From contig JBEKVV010000005.1 of assembly GCA_049513715.1 (NCBI GenBank), positions 96,001-160,000 on the forward strand: a stretch of 64,000 nt of DNA, given 5' to 3'. The notes under the pieces were generated by a model, which saw only the letters and a program-made list of their open reading frames with translations, was not told the origin of the DNA and ran no database searches. Of the stretch, positions 38,983 to 48,806 are shown piece after piece. The translations under genes and the position numbers were made by a program. How positions within the stretch are numbered: position 1 is the stretch's first letter; each line of letters begins with the position of its first letter. The stretch is from Candidatus Bathyarchaeia archaeon. Its GTDB lineage: Archaea > Thermoproteota > Bathyarchaeia > 40CM-2-53-6.

Positions 38983-39084
38983 TCAGCTTGGTTTTCGGCT
39001 GGATTTTATCTTCTTCCTGTGACGTTGTTTATTCTTCTGGCGCCTGCGAATCCTGAACGCGGTTCTGCTTAACCTGTGTGGCAT
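38983..39084 (-). CDS. 33-aa highly basic peptide
   Basis: MPHRLSRTAFRIRRRQKNKQRHRKKIKSSRKPS; 15 K/R, no D/E; purine-rich leader; absent from ORF track. Confidence 0.55.
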   Translation of the reverse strand: MPHRLSRTAFRIRRRQKNKQRHRKKIKSSRKPS

Positions 39085-39343
39085 CCTTTGCCAACCCCTT
39101 TGATACCGGGCGTGCACATGCTCAGGCATATGTTAAAGCTAATCGGTTCACATCTTTCTGCCGAAAACTAGAACTTGCTCGGTCAAAGCTACGGCATTGC
39201 TAAGGATCGGGAAGTTCCCTTCTTGCCATGCGAACCATCATGGGGAATCTCAACTGGGAACATTCCCTGAAATTTGACAGAACCCAGAACGCAATTGCCA
39301 TATTGCCTTCAGATTGTTGAGGCCGCACGCCGGTGGTTGAAAC

Positions 39344-39727
39344 TTGTCAATTAAGGAGCTTTCGAGAAAAGGCTCAGCCCAATGCCAAGAGGCGTTCGCA
39401 CTCCTGAGGGAGCAGATGAAGTCTCTAGGGAATGTCGAAGAGACGGTTGAGTATGAACCGCTGAAGGAAAGTGAAGCGCCGACCTACAATGTGAACGAGA
39501 CGCCAAGAGTTCGAGTTTTCTTCGGCGAAAAGTTAGAGGTTTTCCTCTTCATTCCTGAGACGTCCGTTGCAAGCATCAAGTCAGATAGTACGGTATCTGA
39601 AGCCCTGAGGGCGTGGGTTGACAGGGCGCAGCTTGGCGGCATGAGCCGGCTCCTTCGAGTTCAATTGGCAACCAGGAAGGATGTCGAGGTACTGCTCCCT
39701 CTGATTACAGCGGTAATTCGACAGTAA
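39344..39727 (+). CDS. Hypothetical protein
   Basis: Non-overlapping 127-aa ORF with GGTGG RBS. Confidence 0.7.
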   Translation: MSIKELSRKGSAQCQEAFALLREQMKSLGNVEETVEYEPLKESEAPTYNVNETPRVRVFFGEKLEVFLFIPETSVASIKSDSTVSEALRAWVDRAQLGGMSRLLRVQLATRKDVEVLLPLITAVIRQ

Positions 39728-39751
39728 CTTCGTTGAGATTTTGAGGGCTGC

Positions 39752-40141
39752 TCAGACAGTCTCATTGTAGGCTCTGATGAATTCCTCATCCACTACGCCT
39801 GAAACAACCTTCTCTGTTCCATCAGGGAGAACAATCGATAGGCCGGCTGCGTGGTATGGCAGTTCGTACCTCTGGAGCCTTTCAGGGTCGTCGGTTTCGT
39901 AGGCTTTAATCCATTTCCCATTCTGTTGCCGGTAGCAGAGGACCTTTCGAAGTCTTCTCTCTCCCACCCCACCAACTCGGCCCCCTGCAGCGCCTGGTGC
40001 CTCTGCGGGCAGTTCGAGCACGTAGACTCCGTTCGTTCCGTCATTATTGCTGAGGTCGATTGAGTGTTCAGCAACGAATATCCTTCTGCCCCCTTCGCTC
40101 GCCAGCTGCGCAAGCTCTTCTAAGGGGGTCACAGAATGCAC
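39752..40141 (-). CDS. Hypothetical protein with Gly-rich loop
   Basis: 129-aa ORF, GAGGGT RBS, GAAGGRVGGVG motif. Confidence 0.7.
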   Translation of the reverse strand: MHSVTPLEELAQLASEGGRRIFVAEHSIDLSNNDGTNGVYVLELPAEAPGAAGGRVGGVGERRLRKVLCYRQQNGKWIKAYETDDPERLQRYELPYHAAGLSIVLPDGTEKVVSGVVDEEFIRAYNETV

Positions 40142-40185
40142 ACGACCCTCAAATGGGGGACGTTACTGTTCGGATCAAAAGATGA

Positions 40186-40845
40186 CTAGGAGATTTGTGG
40201 AACTGCTGATTTCAGAGAAGCTTGAAGCACCGTCAAAGTGCCCGTTTTTCGGCTGAGGGACAGTTGGATTTCTCCCCTGAAGCTCCTGACTCTTGCATCA
40301 TGGACCTGCACAACGTCTCCCTCCGAGATTGTGTGGATTTGACTATTCCAAACAACTAGAGGAATCTCGCCAGTTCCATCCGAGAGCGTAACTGTACAAA
40401 CCAGGAGCGGGTTTCCGTCCCGGGACGTAACGGCCCTGACCTCCGATTTCCTAACAACGTTCGCCTTGAAGGACACGCCTTTCAAACCGTACTTCAAGCC
40501 GCTAATCTGCCTCTCAGATTGGCCATTCGAATCATCTCGATCATCATCGAGGTTTCGAAATTCGTCAGGCAGGTTCTTCAGTTTCTTAACAGTTTCGTCT
40601 GGAATCTCAGCTTGGCCCAAGGGTCTGCCTTCGAGGGAGAACATGTAGGTTGCAGAGGACTCACCCTGCATCCTAGTTTCGATAATAAATTTCCCGCGGC
40701 GTGCGTTACCACGTCTTCGTGCAGCGAGCATTGTTGAATGGAGAAGCAAAGGGTCGAGGTTGTGCTTCCTGGACATTTGAAGTAGGTATATGAGATCTCT
40801 GTCTTGACCACGTGTTTTCGGTGCACTTCGGAGCGCTGTTAACAT
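40186..40845 (-). CDS. OB-fold (SSB/RPA-like) protein with unknown N-terminal domain
   Basis: TLSDGTGEIPLVVWN...EGDVVQV...FRGEIQLS. Confidence 0.85.
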   Translation of the reverse strand: MLTALRSAPKTRGQDRDLIYLLQMSRKHNLDPLLLHSTMLAARRRGNARRGKFIIETRMQGESSATYMFSLEGRPLGQAEIPDETVKKLKNLPDEFRNLDDDRDDSNGQSERQISGLKYGLKGVSFKANVVRKSEVRAVTSRDGNPLLVCTVTLSDGTGEIPLVVWNSQIHTISEGDVVQVHDARVRSFRGEIQLSLSRKTGTLTVLQASLKSAVPQIS

Positions 40846-40942
40846 GGCAAACCCGCAGCCGATATGGCATCATCAGTATTAAAGAGAACCGAAAAAGGAA
40901 ATTAAGGGAAACCCAAGAGAGCCCGGATTGGGCTCTGTTCCT

Positions 40943-41443
40943 TCATCCATTGGATTGGGCCCTTTTCCCTAGCTCAACATCGAGCATGAATATGGCACCG
41001 CCGTCACTCCCGAGGAGTTCAAGCCTCTGTAGGGTAGCAAAGGCGCTGGCTTCCTCTTCGACTTGCTCTTTTATGAACCATTGAAGAAAAACCTCGGTCG
41101 CATGATCTTTCTCGGACTTCGCCAACTCAAATAGTTCCGTTATGGCCTTCGTTACCTTCTGTTCATGCTGATACGCGTCCTCGAAGACGTTCTTGTGTGA
41201 GTTCCAGTTCGATGGAGGTGCGTCCAGTTTCTCGAGCACAATCTTCCCTCCTCGTTCCAATAGGTAATCGTACAATTTCATTGCATGACCGGATTCTTCG
41301 CCGGCTTGCATTCGCATCCAATGGGCGAATCCTTTCAGGTTTGCCGATTCGAAATGGGCGGCCATGGCCAAGTACAGGTAATACGAGTAGAATTCCTTGT
41401 TAATCTGACCGTTAATGACCCTTTCAACTCTCTCATTAATCAT
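40943..41443 (-). CDS. ftnA: Ferritin
   Basis: QINKEFYS.Y.YLAM, EESGHAMK, HEQKVT, FLQWFIKEQVEEE. Confidence 0.95.
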   Translation of the reverse strand: MINERVERVINGQINKEFYSYYLYLAMAAHFESANLKGFAHWMRMQAGEESGHAMKLYDYLLERGGKIVLEKLDAPPSNWNSHKNVFEDAYQHEQKVTKAITELFELAKSEKDHATEVFLQWFIKEQVEEEASAFATLQRLELLGSDGGAIFMLDVELGKRAQSNG

Positions 41444-41518
41444 GGTTAATCCAACAACTCCGCAGTCGCAAGCTTTCCCTCAAGGCGAATATAACAGTGG
41501 TGATATTTCCGTTGCCGT

Positions 41519-41911
41519 CTACTTTGTGAACTCGCGCTTGTCGACGTACACGCTAATTGACCTTAGGTAGGAAGGCGCGTTGCCTGCTGGGCCCGCAGTG
41601 GTGAAGAGGCTGTCGACGTGGAACTTGAAGTGCGCATCTCTGTTGGTCCCCGCGTAAGTTATCAGAACCTCACCCGGCCTGCCGGAACTAGTCTTCTCAT
41701 GCCTAATGGTTATGTTTTTGTCGCGCTCGCTGAACCAGGATTCAATTTCCTTTCTCATTGTTGGCTCGACCGATTCGAAGGGAATTCCCTTGTGCGTTTG
41801 CTCAAACTTGGCGGTCAGCCCTTTGCGGCATTCCTTAGCTAAGTTGGTCATGTATGTGAAGGCCTTCTCAACCAACTCCTTGCCTGATTTAACATCCGTC
41901 ACTGCTCGCAC
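41519..41911 (-). CDS. Hypothetical protein
   Basis: 130-aa ORF co-oriented between SRPBCC and ferritin genes. Confidence 0.7.
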   Translation of the reverse strand: MRAVTDVKSGKELVEKAFTYMTNLAKECRKGLTAKFEQTHKGIPFESVEPTMRKEIESWFSERDKNITIRHEKTSSGRPGEVLITYAGTNRDAHFKFHVDSLFTTAGPAGNAPSYLRSISVYVDKREFTK

Positions 41912-41923
41912 CTTAGGTCAGGA

Positions 41924-42331
41924 CTATTGCTTTCTCTTCCCGAAATACTCTTTCAATGGCCAGTAGAAGTCTATCCAACCTTCACGGTATGAAGCTGCTT
42001 GTTCTTTAGGGACGTTTGAATGGATCATAGTCAGCTCAGTCCCATTGTTTTTTTCTTTGAAGGAAAACTCTACCGTCGAGGGCATGTATCCCGCTGGCCA
42101 TTCCGAGGTTTTCCACTCCTGCACTATTCGCTTGCTCTTTTCGAGCTTCAAGTTTGTTCCTGTGATGTATCCGTCCCACGCAGTGAACTTGCCGCCCACT
42201 TTCGGGTCGCAGGTTGCCTTGGCCCCAGTGAAGGCCATGTGCTCGGCCTCATCTATGAGTGCGTTGTAGACTTGCGCAGGTTTTACTGGAAAGAGCACCT
42301 TCTGTTTGATTATGACTGTGGTTTTGGCCAC
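41924..42331 (-). CDS. SRPBCC/AHSA1-domain protein
   Basis: VYNALID...VGGKFTAWDG...RIVQEW...GWIDFYW. Confidence 0.9.
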   Translation of the reverse strand: MAKTTVIIKQKVLFPVKPAQVYNALIDEAEHMAFTGAKATCDPKVGGKFTAWDGYITGTNLKLEKSKRIVQEWKTSEWPAGYMPSTVEFSFKEKNNGTELTMIHSNVPKEQAASYREGWIDFYWPLKEYFGKRKQ

Positions 42332-42539
42332 CTCAACCGCCTAGGGAGTGGGTTCCTAGTGCGGAACGACTATAAGTTTTCCACAAGTCATGTGGGGTGA
42401 AGGGCAAACAACCCAACTCAGCTTGTCATCAATATCAGCCCTCTTAGGGAACAACGAGCAATGATTTTCCGTGCTGAGAATAACGATAGCAAGAAAAGCA
42501 TGGAAAGGCTTTAGTTTCATGTGCCGCGGTTGAGCTGAG

Positions 42540-42911
42540 TTGCCCCGAAGTCACACTATGTTTTCAGTATTCCTGATTCTCGTATCGTCAATGTTACTGT
42601 TTTCGCACGGAAGCATGATGCTTGGCGGAGGGATCACTATACTGACATCAACGATGACGACCACAGTTGAAGTGACTTACAATTACTTCACGAGTTCGAA
42701 CGGGACAACGCTCTTAGGCGGACATCTCACAACGAGCACGTTAGCCATCCCCATGACTGCGACAAGCACCTTTGCCAATTCCACTTCGTCAGCCTGGGGG
42801 CCTTTGCCGACCCTCGGTTTTGACCCGGGATGGATTATTGTTGGCCTAGTTCTGGGAATTGTTGCCCTCTACCTAATTCGCCGACACACTCACGAAGCTT
42901 ACATTGAATAA
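42540..42911 (+). CDS. Small Ser/Thr-rich membrane-anchored surface protein
   Basis: Signal peptide, T/S-rich body, PTLGF, TM, RRH. Confidence 0.65.
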   Translation: MPRSHTMFSVFLILVSSMLLFSHGSMMLGGGITILTSTMTTTVEVTYNYFTSSNGTTLLGGHLTTSTLAIPMTATSTFANSTSSAWGPLPTLGFDPGWIIVGLVLGIVALYLIRRHTHEAYIE

Positions 42912-42938
42912 TGTTACCTTGTCCGTAGTCTTTCGCTG

Positions 42939-43571
42939 TTAGCTAATTGCTTCTAATATCTGCTGGGCGACACTGTCGGGATCTGCGTTCGCGTCATCGT
43001 TTCGTATGTTCTTGAGTATGCTCTTGGCGCGGTAGAACTCAACAACCGGTTCAGATGCTTCCCTGTAAACCTTCAAGCGTTCCCGAATCACTTCGGGTTG
43101 ATCGTCCACACGCCTGTACAACTCACCGTCACACTTGTCGCATTTACCCGAAATCTTCGGTTTTAGGGTCCGTTCATTGTAAATTTCTCCGCACGCTCTG
43201 CATTGAAGGCGCGCAGAAAGTCTAGCAACGATTAAATCATCCGGGACCCCGAGATTAACGACAGCGTCAAGTTTCGTGATTCTCTCAAGTGCCTTTGCTT
43301 GGTTGACTGTTCGCGGGTATCCCTCTAGAATGAATCCTTTCGAGACCTCGGCGCTTATGCGGTTCTTTAGTATCTCGGTGATTACATCGTCCGGTACCAG
43401 AGCTCCTGAGTTGCTGTAGTTCTCGATCGTTTTCCCCAGAGGAGTATTGTTACGAATCTCCTCTCGGACTAGATTGCCCGTGGAGATGTGCGGAACACCA
43501 AGTTTCTGGGTCAGCCTAGAAGCGTAGGTCCCCTTCCCGGACCCGGGTGGGCCAAATATGACAACTCTCAC
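42939..43571 (-). CDS. adk: Adenylate kinase (long, Zn-lid type)
   Basis: GPPGSGKGT, HISTG, GYPRT, CRAC...CDKC. Confidence 0.93.
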   Translation of the reverse strand: MRVVIFGPPGSGKGTYASRLTQKLGVPHISTGNLVREEIRNNTPLGKTIENYSNSGALVPDDVITEILKNRISAEVSKGFILEGYPRTVNQAKALERITKLDAVVNLGVPDDLIVARLSARLQCRACGEIYNERTLKPKISGKCDKCDGELYRRVDDQPEVIRERLKVYREASEPVVEFYRAKSILKNIRNDDANADPDSVAQQILEAIS

Positions 43572-43887
43572 CGCCCAAGCCTCCCATTAATCGAACTTAG
43601 GGTGAGAGCTCGGCCTTTTACCTGTGTGCAGTTTTCGCGATAACAAGTGGTCCACATCACATTTTCCACAGGCATCTGTGTAACCTTACACTAACGATGA
43701 GGCAGCTAGCAGTTTAAGAAATCGATGCTTCAACGTCAGGGACGAAAACGGGCGCTGTTTCTGTGTTAGCCTAATGTCGTGAATCGCTCGTCATCGGCAA
43801 TCGCGTTCGGAGTGAATCCCGCCGATGCTGTCTCGAAAATACATTCAAGTATTGCGTGCTGGAACGTGGGTTCGCCGCGTAACTGCA

Positions 43888-44658
43888 ATGACTGACATTG
43901 TGGGGTTGGTGGGTCTTGTCCTTGCAGCCTTGGCGGCAGGGATTATCAATTCTGTAGCTGGCGGTGGAACTCTCGTCTCTTTCCCCGCGCTCGTCGCATT
44001 CGGCCAACCAGAAATAGTTTCTAACGCGACGAATACGGCGGCATTGTGGCCTGGTTCGGTGAGCAGTGCGCTCGGTTACAGAAAAGACACGTCGGTCCAG
44101 CGCGGCCTTCTAATAATACTCGCTGTTCCAAGCCTAGTAGGCGGCCTCGTCGGTGCAATGATTCTAGTTAATACGACTGCCGAAACCTTCAAACTAATCG
44201 TGCCATTCCTAGTTCTCTTTGCCACGCTCGTACTCGCCTCACGCAGTATTCTCAGCAAAAGAATTGGCAGCCGCACGGACGGAGAACATGTGACTAGGAT
44301 GGGTCAGATTGGGGGAACGATCTTTCAATTCTTCGTTGGAACATACGGAGGGTATTTTGGTGCTGGTATCGGTATCCTAATGCTCGGATCCTTCAGCTTG
44401 ATGGGCTTGCGAGACGTTCACAAAATGAACGCAATCAAAACCCCACTGCAAGCCGCGGTCAACTTGACCGCTTTCATCTTCTTTGCGTTGAAAGGGCTAG
44501 TGGTTTGGCCTTTGGCGTTTCTTATGATGGGTGGTGCAATTACTGGAGGGTACGGCGGGGCACGGTTGGCTAAGCGTGTGAACCCGCGACTGTTACATTA
44601 TTGCATAGTCGCGATAGGCCTAGGCGTTTCAGTTTGGTTCTTCTTCAAATCCTTTTAG
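43888..44658 (+). CDS. TauE/SafE (TSUP) family transporter
   Basis: NSVAGGGTLVSFP, NATN, YGGYFGAGIG. Confidence 0.9.
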   Translation: MTDIVGLVGLVLAALAAGIINSVAGGGTLVSFPALVAFGQPEIVSNATNTAALWPGSVSSALGYRKDTSVQRGLLIILAVPSLVGGLVGAMILVNTTAETFKLIVPFLVLFATLVLASRSILSKRIGSRTDGEHVTRMGQIGGTIFQFFVGTYGGYFGAGIGILMLGSFSLMGLRDVHKMNAIKTPLQAAVNLTAFIFFALKGLVVWPLAFLMMGGAITGGYGGARLAKRVNPRLLHYCIVAIGLGVSVWFFFKSF

Positions 44659-44772
44659 TGAATTTGACCGCCCCAGTCCTCGGCCGCTACACTTCCACGC
44701 CATAGTAGTGTTACACTGTCGTGTCTTTGAACCTGCATGAACTATAGGGCGCCAAAGCGTTTTCCTGCTGGA

Positions 44773-45522
44773 TCATCTTCGGTGGCCAAACACTATTGTG
44801 CCAACTATTATCATTCCAACATCGAACGCGATGAGGGCTAGAAGGTCGTAATGGAACGGAAAGACCGGAGTCCAAGCTTCCCTGAGAATTATGACACGCA
44901 AGGCGTCGACCCCATAGGTGAGTGGGTCCACGACGCTAACCCATCTGAGCCACTGTGGGACAAAGGTTAACGGAAAAAGTGCGCCGCTCAAGAAGAACAA
45001 TGGCAAGTTGACGAAGGTTTGAATGACCCCAAAACTTTCCAGACTATCCATCAGCGAAGCTATGGTCAAACCTGTTGACACCATTCCGAAGGTAATCAGT
45101 ACCATCACCGGCAGCGAGAGAAGGAATGCTACAGGGTTGGGGCTTATCCCCACAATGAAGCTGAACAGGAAAACGAAACTCCCTTGTATCACAGCATCCG
45201 TACTGCCACCCAACATCTTTCCCACGAAGACTGAAGCCCTCGAGATCGGAGCCACAAGAATTTCCTTGAGGAAGCCGAACTCTCTATCCCAGATGACTGA
45301 GATTCCCATGAACATTGATGTGAAGAGTAGCGTTTGCCCAATGATTCCGGGAAAGATGAATTTCTGGTAATCGATCCCTGTCGTTGCGAAACGCATTCCT
45401 GAACCAAAGATCACCAGCCACAGAAGTGGTTGTATGAAAGAGCTGACCAGCCTTGTCTTCTCTCTCCCGTAACGTTTCACTTCCCTAAGCCATAGTGTGT
45501 AGATTCCTCGAATCTCACTCAT
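44773..45522 (-). CDS. ABC-2 permease (DrrB-like)
   Basis: WDREFGFLKEILVAP, SGALFP, PLTYGVD. Confidence 0.93.
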   Translation of the reverse strand: MSEIRGIYTLWLREVKRYGREKTRLVSSFIQPLLWLVIFGSGMRFATTGIDYQKFIFPGIIGQTLLFTSMFMGISVIWDREFGFLKEILVAPISRASVFVGKMLGGSTDAVIQGSFVFLFSFIVGISPNPVAFLLSLPVMVLITFGMVSTGLTIASLMDSLESFGVIQTFVNLPLFFLSGALFPLTFVPQWLRWVSVVDPLTYGVDALRVIILREAWTPVFPFHYDLLALIAFDVGMIIVGTIVFGHRR

Positions 45523-46520
45523 TTTATGCTATGCCTTCTTATTGCCGCTATCCCGCCGTATTCGTCTCCAACTTCACCGCGTATCTCTCTCCCCGTGTAG
45601 TTCAAAAAAACGTCCTCAAGTGTTGGTTCGTGGATTGACATGGAGTCGATGTGGATTCCTGAGCTTGCGGCGATTTCAACGACTCGCGGGAGGGCGGCAT
45701 TGCCATCTTTGACCACCAGCTTCAGCTGACCGTTTTCCTCACGTGATTCCTTCACCCAACCCACGCCAATCAATTTCGCAGACAACTGCTTCATCGCATC
45801 CGTCTTAACTGAAATTATGTCACCCTCAAGTGCCTCTTTGAGTCTATCCGGCTCGTCGAGCGCGACTATTTTTCCGTAGTCTATGATAGCCACGCGGTCG
45901 CACAAATTGTCAGCTTCCTCCATGTAGTGAGTTGTGAGAATGATCGTGATGCCCTCGCGTTCACTCAGCTCAGAAATGTAGGTCCAGATGTGCCCTCGGG
46001 TTTGAGGATCTAGACCTAAGGTTGGCTCGTCGAGGAACAACACTTTCGGGTAATGTATGAACCCTCTTGCTATCTCAAGGCGCCGCCTCATCCCTCCGGA
46101 ATAGGTTCTCATGAGCAGATCAGCCTTGTCGTGCAACTCGACCAGTTCCAAGACATCTTCTATACGTTTCCTCTGCTCTCTCTTCGGAACCCCATACAGA
46201 TCGGCGTGCATCTCCAAGTTCTCCCGCCCGGTTAGCCTGTCATCGATGCTCGGTTCCTGAAACACGATGCCTATCGAGCGGCGGACTTGCGATGGGTGCT
46301 CTGTTATGTCGTACCCGTTCACAATTGCTGTTCCGGAAGTTGGTTTCAGAATAGTGCATAACATAGACAAGGTCGTGGTTTTTCCGGCTCCGTTCGGACC
46401 AAGTAGTCCGAAGACCTCGCCTTGTTCGACTGTGAAATTCAGAGTATCAACCGCGACAAGTTCTCTGAACTTTCGCGTTAGATCTCTGACATCAATTACG
46501 TTGCTCATGCCTACAGCCAA
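45519..46520 (-). CDS. ABC ATP-binding protein (DrrA-like)
   Basis: GPNGAGKTT, YSGGM, LFLDEPT. Confidence 0.95.
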   Translation of the reverse strand: MAVGMSNVIDVRDLTRKFRELVAVDTLNFTVEQGEVFGLLGPNGAGKTTTLSMLCTILKPTSGTAIVNGYDITEHPSQVRRSIGIVFQEPSIDDRLTGRENLEMHADLYGVPKREQRKRIEDVLELVELHDKADLLMRTYSGGMRRRLEIARGFIHYPKVLFLDEPTLGLDPQTRGHIWTYISELSEREGITIILTTHYMEEADNLCDRVAIIDYGKIVALDEPDRLKEALEGDIISVKTDAMKQLSAKLIGVGWVKESREENGQLKLVVKDGNAALPRVVEIAASSGIHIDSMSIHEPTLEDVFLNYTGREIRGEVGDEYGGIAAIRRHSIK

Positions 46521-46712
46521 GACCGGCTTACGTCCCTAGGCGTTTATGTTTATAGTGTGTGTTTTTCGTTCCCGAAGCAGAAAGATGACGCTGCAGAATG
46601 CGATTTCTTGAGGTATTTTTCGTGGACGAATTCAAAAATCGCGGCCACGAAAATTCCATCAATTCCCGTCTCTTTCTCGCCCGGGATGTGCAGGTAGAAG
46701 TAGTCCTTCGCA

Positions 46713-47921
46713 CTAAGATGGCAGCGCTCCGATAACTACCGGTACGACCACATATTTGGTTGATCTGACTATGCCGAATTGCATCGTCTGTCCTGGAGTG
46801 GCGTGCCTTTCTAGGTATGTTGAAAGCGAGTCGTAGTTAACAATCCGGATTCCGTTTATAGAGACGATCATGTCGCCTCCGATGATGTACTGTTGCGCAC
46901 CTATGGTAACCAAGTTCTGCCCTGCCTTGAGACCAGCTTTGTCTGCTGGCCCGCCTGGAACTGTTTTTTCTACCAAGACGCCATAAGTGTAGTTGGTTCC
47001 TATTGTTTGGGCCAATTGGTAATTCATGTCGTCCCCCTGAAACCCGAGGTAAGGATGCATATTGTATTTCCCTGTGCTTATGAGAGACGGCAGTTCACGG
47101 AGGATGGTGTCGGACGGTATGGCGAAACCGACCCCCTGCGCACCGGTTACTGCTGCGGAGGTAATTCCAAGAACCGTGCCATCAGCATTGAGCAACGGTC
47201 CCCCGGAATTTCCAGGATTTATGGGCGCACTGAATTGGATCGCGTCGGCTAGGGTGAACGTTCCTGTAGTGGATTGATACTGTATACTTCTTCCCAGTTG
47301 ACTTACTATGCCGAAAGTCACTGAGCCCGAGAGCCCGAAAGGATTCCCGATTGCTAAAACAGGTTGGCCAACTCTCAAAGTGTATGATGATGCGAAGTTT
47401 AGAGGGTGAAGGTCGTTCTGCGGAGCTTTGGTTGAGAGAACTGCGATGTCGCTGTAAGGGTCAGACCCGACGACCGTTGCCACGTAGGCGTCACCGTTCC
47501 AGAACGTTACCGTCGTGTTAACCATCGAGTCTACTACGTGGAAATTGGTTACCACAAGATACGAATCAGAATTCTCAATAACAAAACCAGAACCAAGCAC
47601 ACTTTCCACGCTCGTCTGGGGGCCGAATATGGTTAGCACTGTTACACTTCGCGACCCCTGAACTGTGACTACGCTGTCGTTGGAGCTGGCGTAGATGGCG
47701 ACCGGGTTCAAACCAACGACAGATACGTTTCCTTGTGGTTGAGTAGAGGAAAGTTGATTCCGCAGCTTTCCAACAGACTCTTGAAGTGAGGCAACTTTCG
47801 CGTTTGCCGAGGCCAAGGCAGAATTATAGTACACAATCATTGAACCGAGAACCAATACGAATAACAGAAGAATACCAGCAGCTCTTCTGATAGTGACTTG
47901 CTGAGAACCCATATTGACCAA
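46713..47921 (-). CDS. HtrA-like serine protease with PDZ domain
   Basis: TNFHVV, SDIAV, INPGNSGGPL; N-terminal TM and coiled coil. Confidence 0.93.
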   Translation of the reverse strand: MVNMGSQQVTIRRAAGILLLFVLVLGSMIVYYNSALASANAKVASLQESVGKLRNQLSSTQPQGNVSVVGLNPVAIYASSNDSVVTVQGSRSVTVLTIFGPQTSVESVLGSGFVIENSDSYLVVTNFHVVDSMVNTTVTFWNGDAYVATVVGSDPYSDIAVLSTKAPQNDLHPLNFASSYTLRVGQPVLAIGNPFGLSGSVTFGIVSQLGRSIQYQSTTGTFTLADAIQFSAPINPGNSGGPLLNADGTVLGITSAAVTGAQGVGFAIPSDTILRELPSLISTGKYNMHPYLGFQGDDMNYQLAQTIGTNYTYGVLVEKTVPGGPADKAGLKAGQNLVTIGAQQYIIGGDMIVSINGIRIVNYDSLSTYLERHATPGQTMQFGIVRSTKYVVVPVVIGALPS

Positions 47922-48102
47922 TCCGATTTCGAGGAAGTTAGCAACTACAGCACGTAGTTAAACTTTCACACGAACCAACCGGCCGCACCAGCCAGGTTAG
48001 CCGCAACTAAGGCTCGGCTACAGGTACTACTACGAGCTCTCTGGATTCTGGAACCGCGCTATCTTTGACCGTCAAAGGACTGTGTGGGGTTGTGCCAACT
48101 TT

Positions 48103-48615
48103 CTAATCTTGGGGTTTGTGGCATCTAAACGAGTGAACCACAGTGTCATAGAGTTCGCCAAAATCTGGGGGCGCGTTAGGCGAGAGCATGGTGTAGATCA
48201 CAAAGTACCTCGATGTTTCGGCGCAACGTAGATGAACTGAGTATGCGTCATGTTTCACGGTTCTTTTGCCAGGGAGTAAGCCGCCAGCTGCCTCGTCGAG
48301 CGTTATGTGATTGAACGCGGCTTTGTGTGAGTTTACTTCAATTGAGTCTTGCTTGACCCGCTCAAAATTACGCACATTCCCGGTCTTACGGATGTTTTTT
48401 AGCGTTTGTTCGGCTTGTTCCTCCACCGTCGGGAACTTCTCCTGAACTTTCTCTATCGCCCCCCAAGTAACGAAGACCTTCTCCCTGTCGGGGAAGTGAA
48501 AAACAATATCACCGCCCTCACGGCGGCTTTTGGGGTTAAATTCAATCCTGCAAACTTTCGGGTAGTCTATGGAGAAACCGTAGATGCTGAACTTTTCGAA
48601 ACTCTCTTTTTCCAA
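48103..48615 (-). CDS. Hypothetical protein (possibly PsbP/Mog1-like fold)
   Basis: YGFSIDYP start and ...VVHSF end pattern. Confidence 0.55.
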   Translation of the reverse strand: MEKESFEKFSIYGFSIDYPKVCRIEFNPKSRREGGDIVFHFPDREKVFVTWGAIEKVQEKFPTVEEQAEQTLKNIRKTGNVRNFERVKQDSIEVNSHKAAFNHITLDEAAGGLLPGKRTVKHDAYSVHLRCAETSRYFVIYTMLSPNAPPDFGELYDTVVHSFRCHKPQD

Positions 48616-48806
48616 GAAACAACACTCACAGTGTACCCTGACTAGCTTGAAGTGTGGAAATTAATGATTCCGCACAAGGTTTGCCCTCGAAAAGTAACGT
48701 TGTTCAAGGTATGGCGAAAGCTACGCGACCTAATCGAAGGGTCTGATATCCATGTGGGAGGAGACCAATCCGTAAGCAAACGAATATGTCACAATCGTCA
48801 TTTGGT

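Noticed and set aside
46615..46654. TTTTCGTGG...CCACGAAAA hairpin as a member of the repeat family
   Set aside because: Shares only the outer bases and lacks the GGTGCGCAC core; more likely a local terminator or operator.
48660..48750. C/D box sRNA
   Set aside because: C box imperfect, no clear D'/C' boxes, and no target can be verified.
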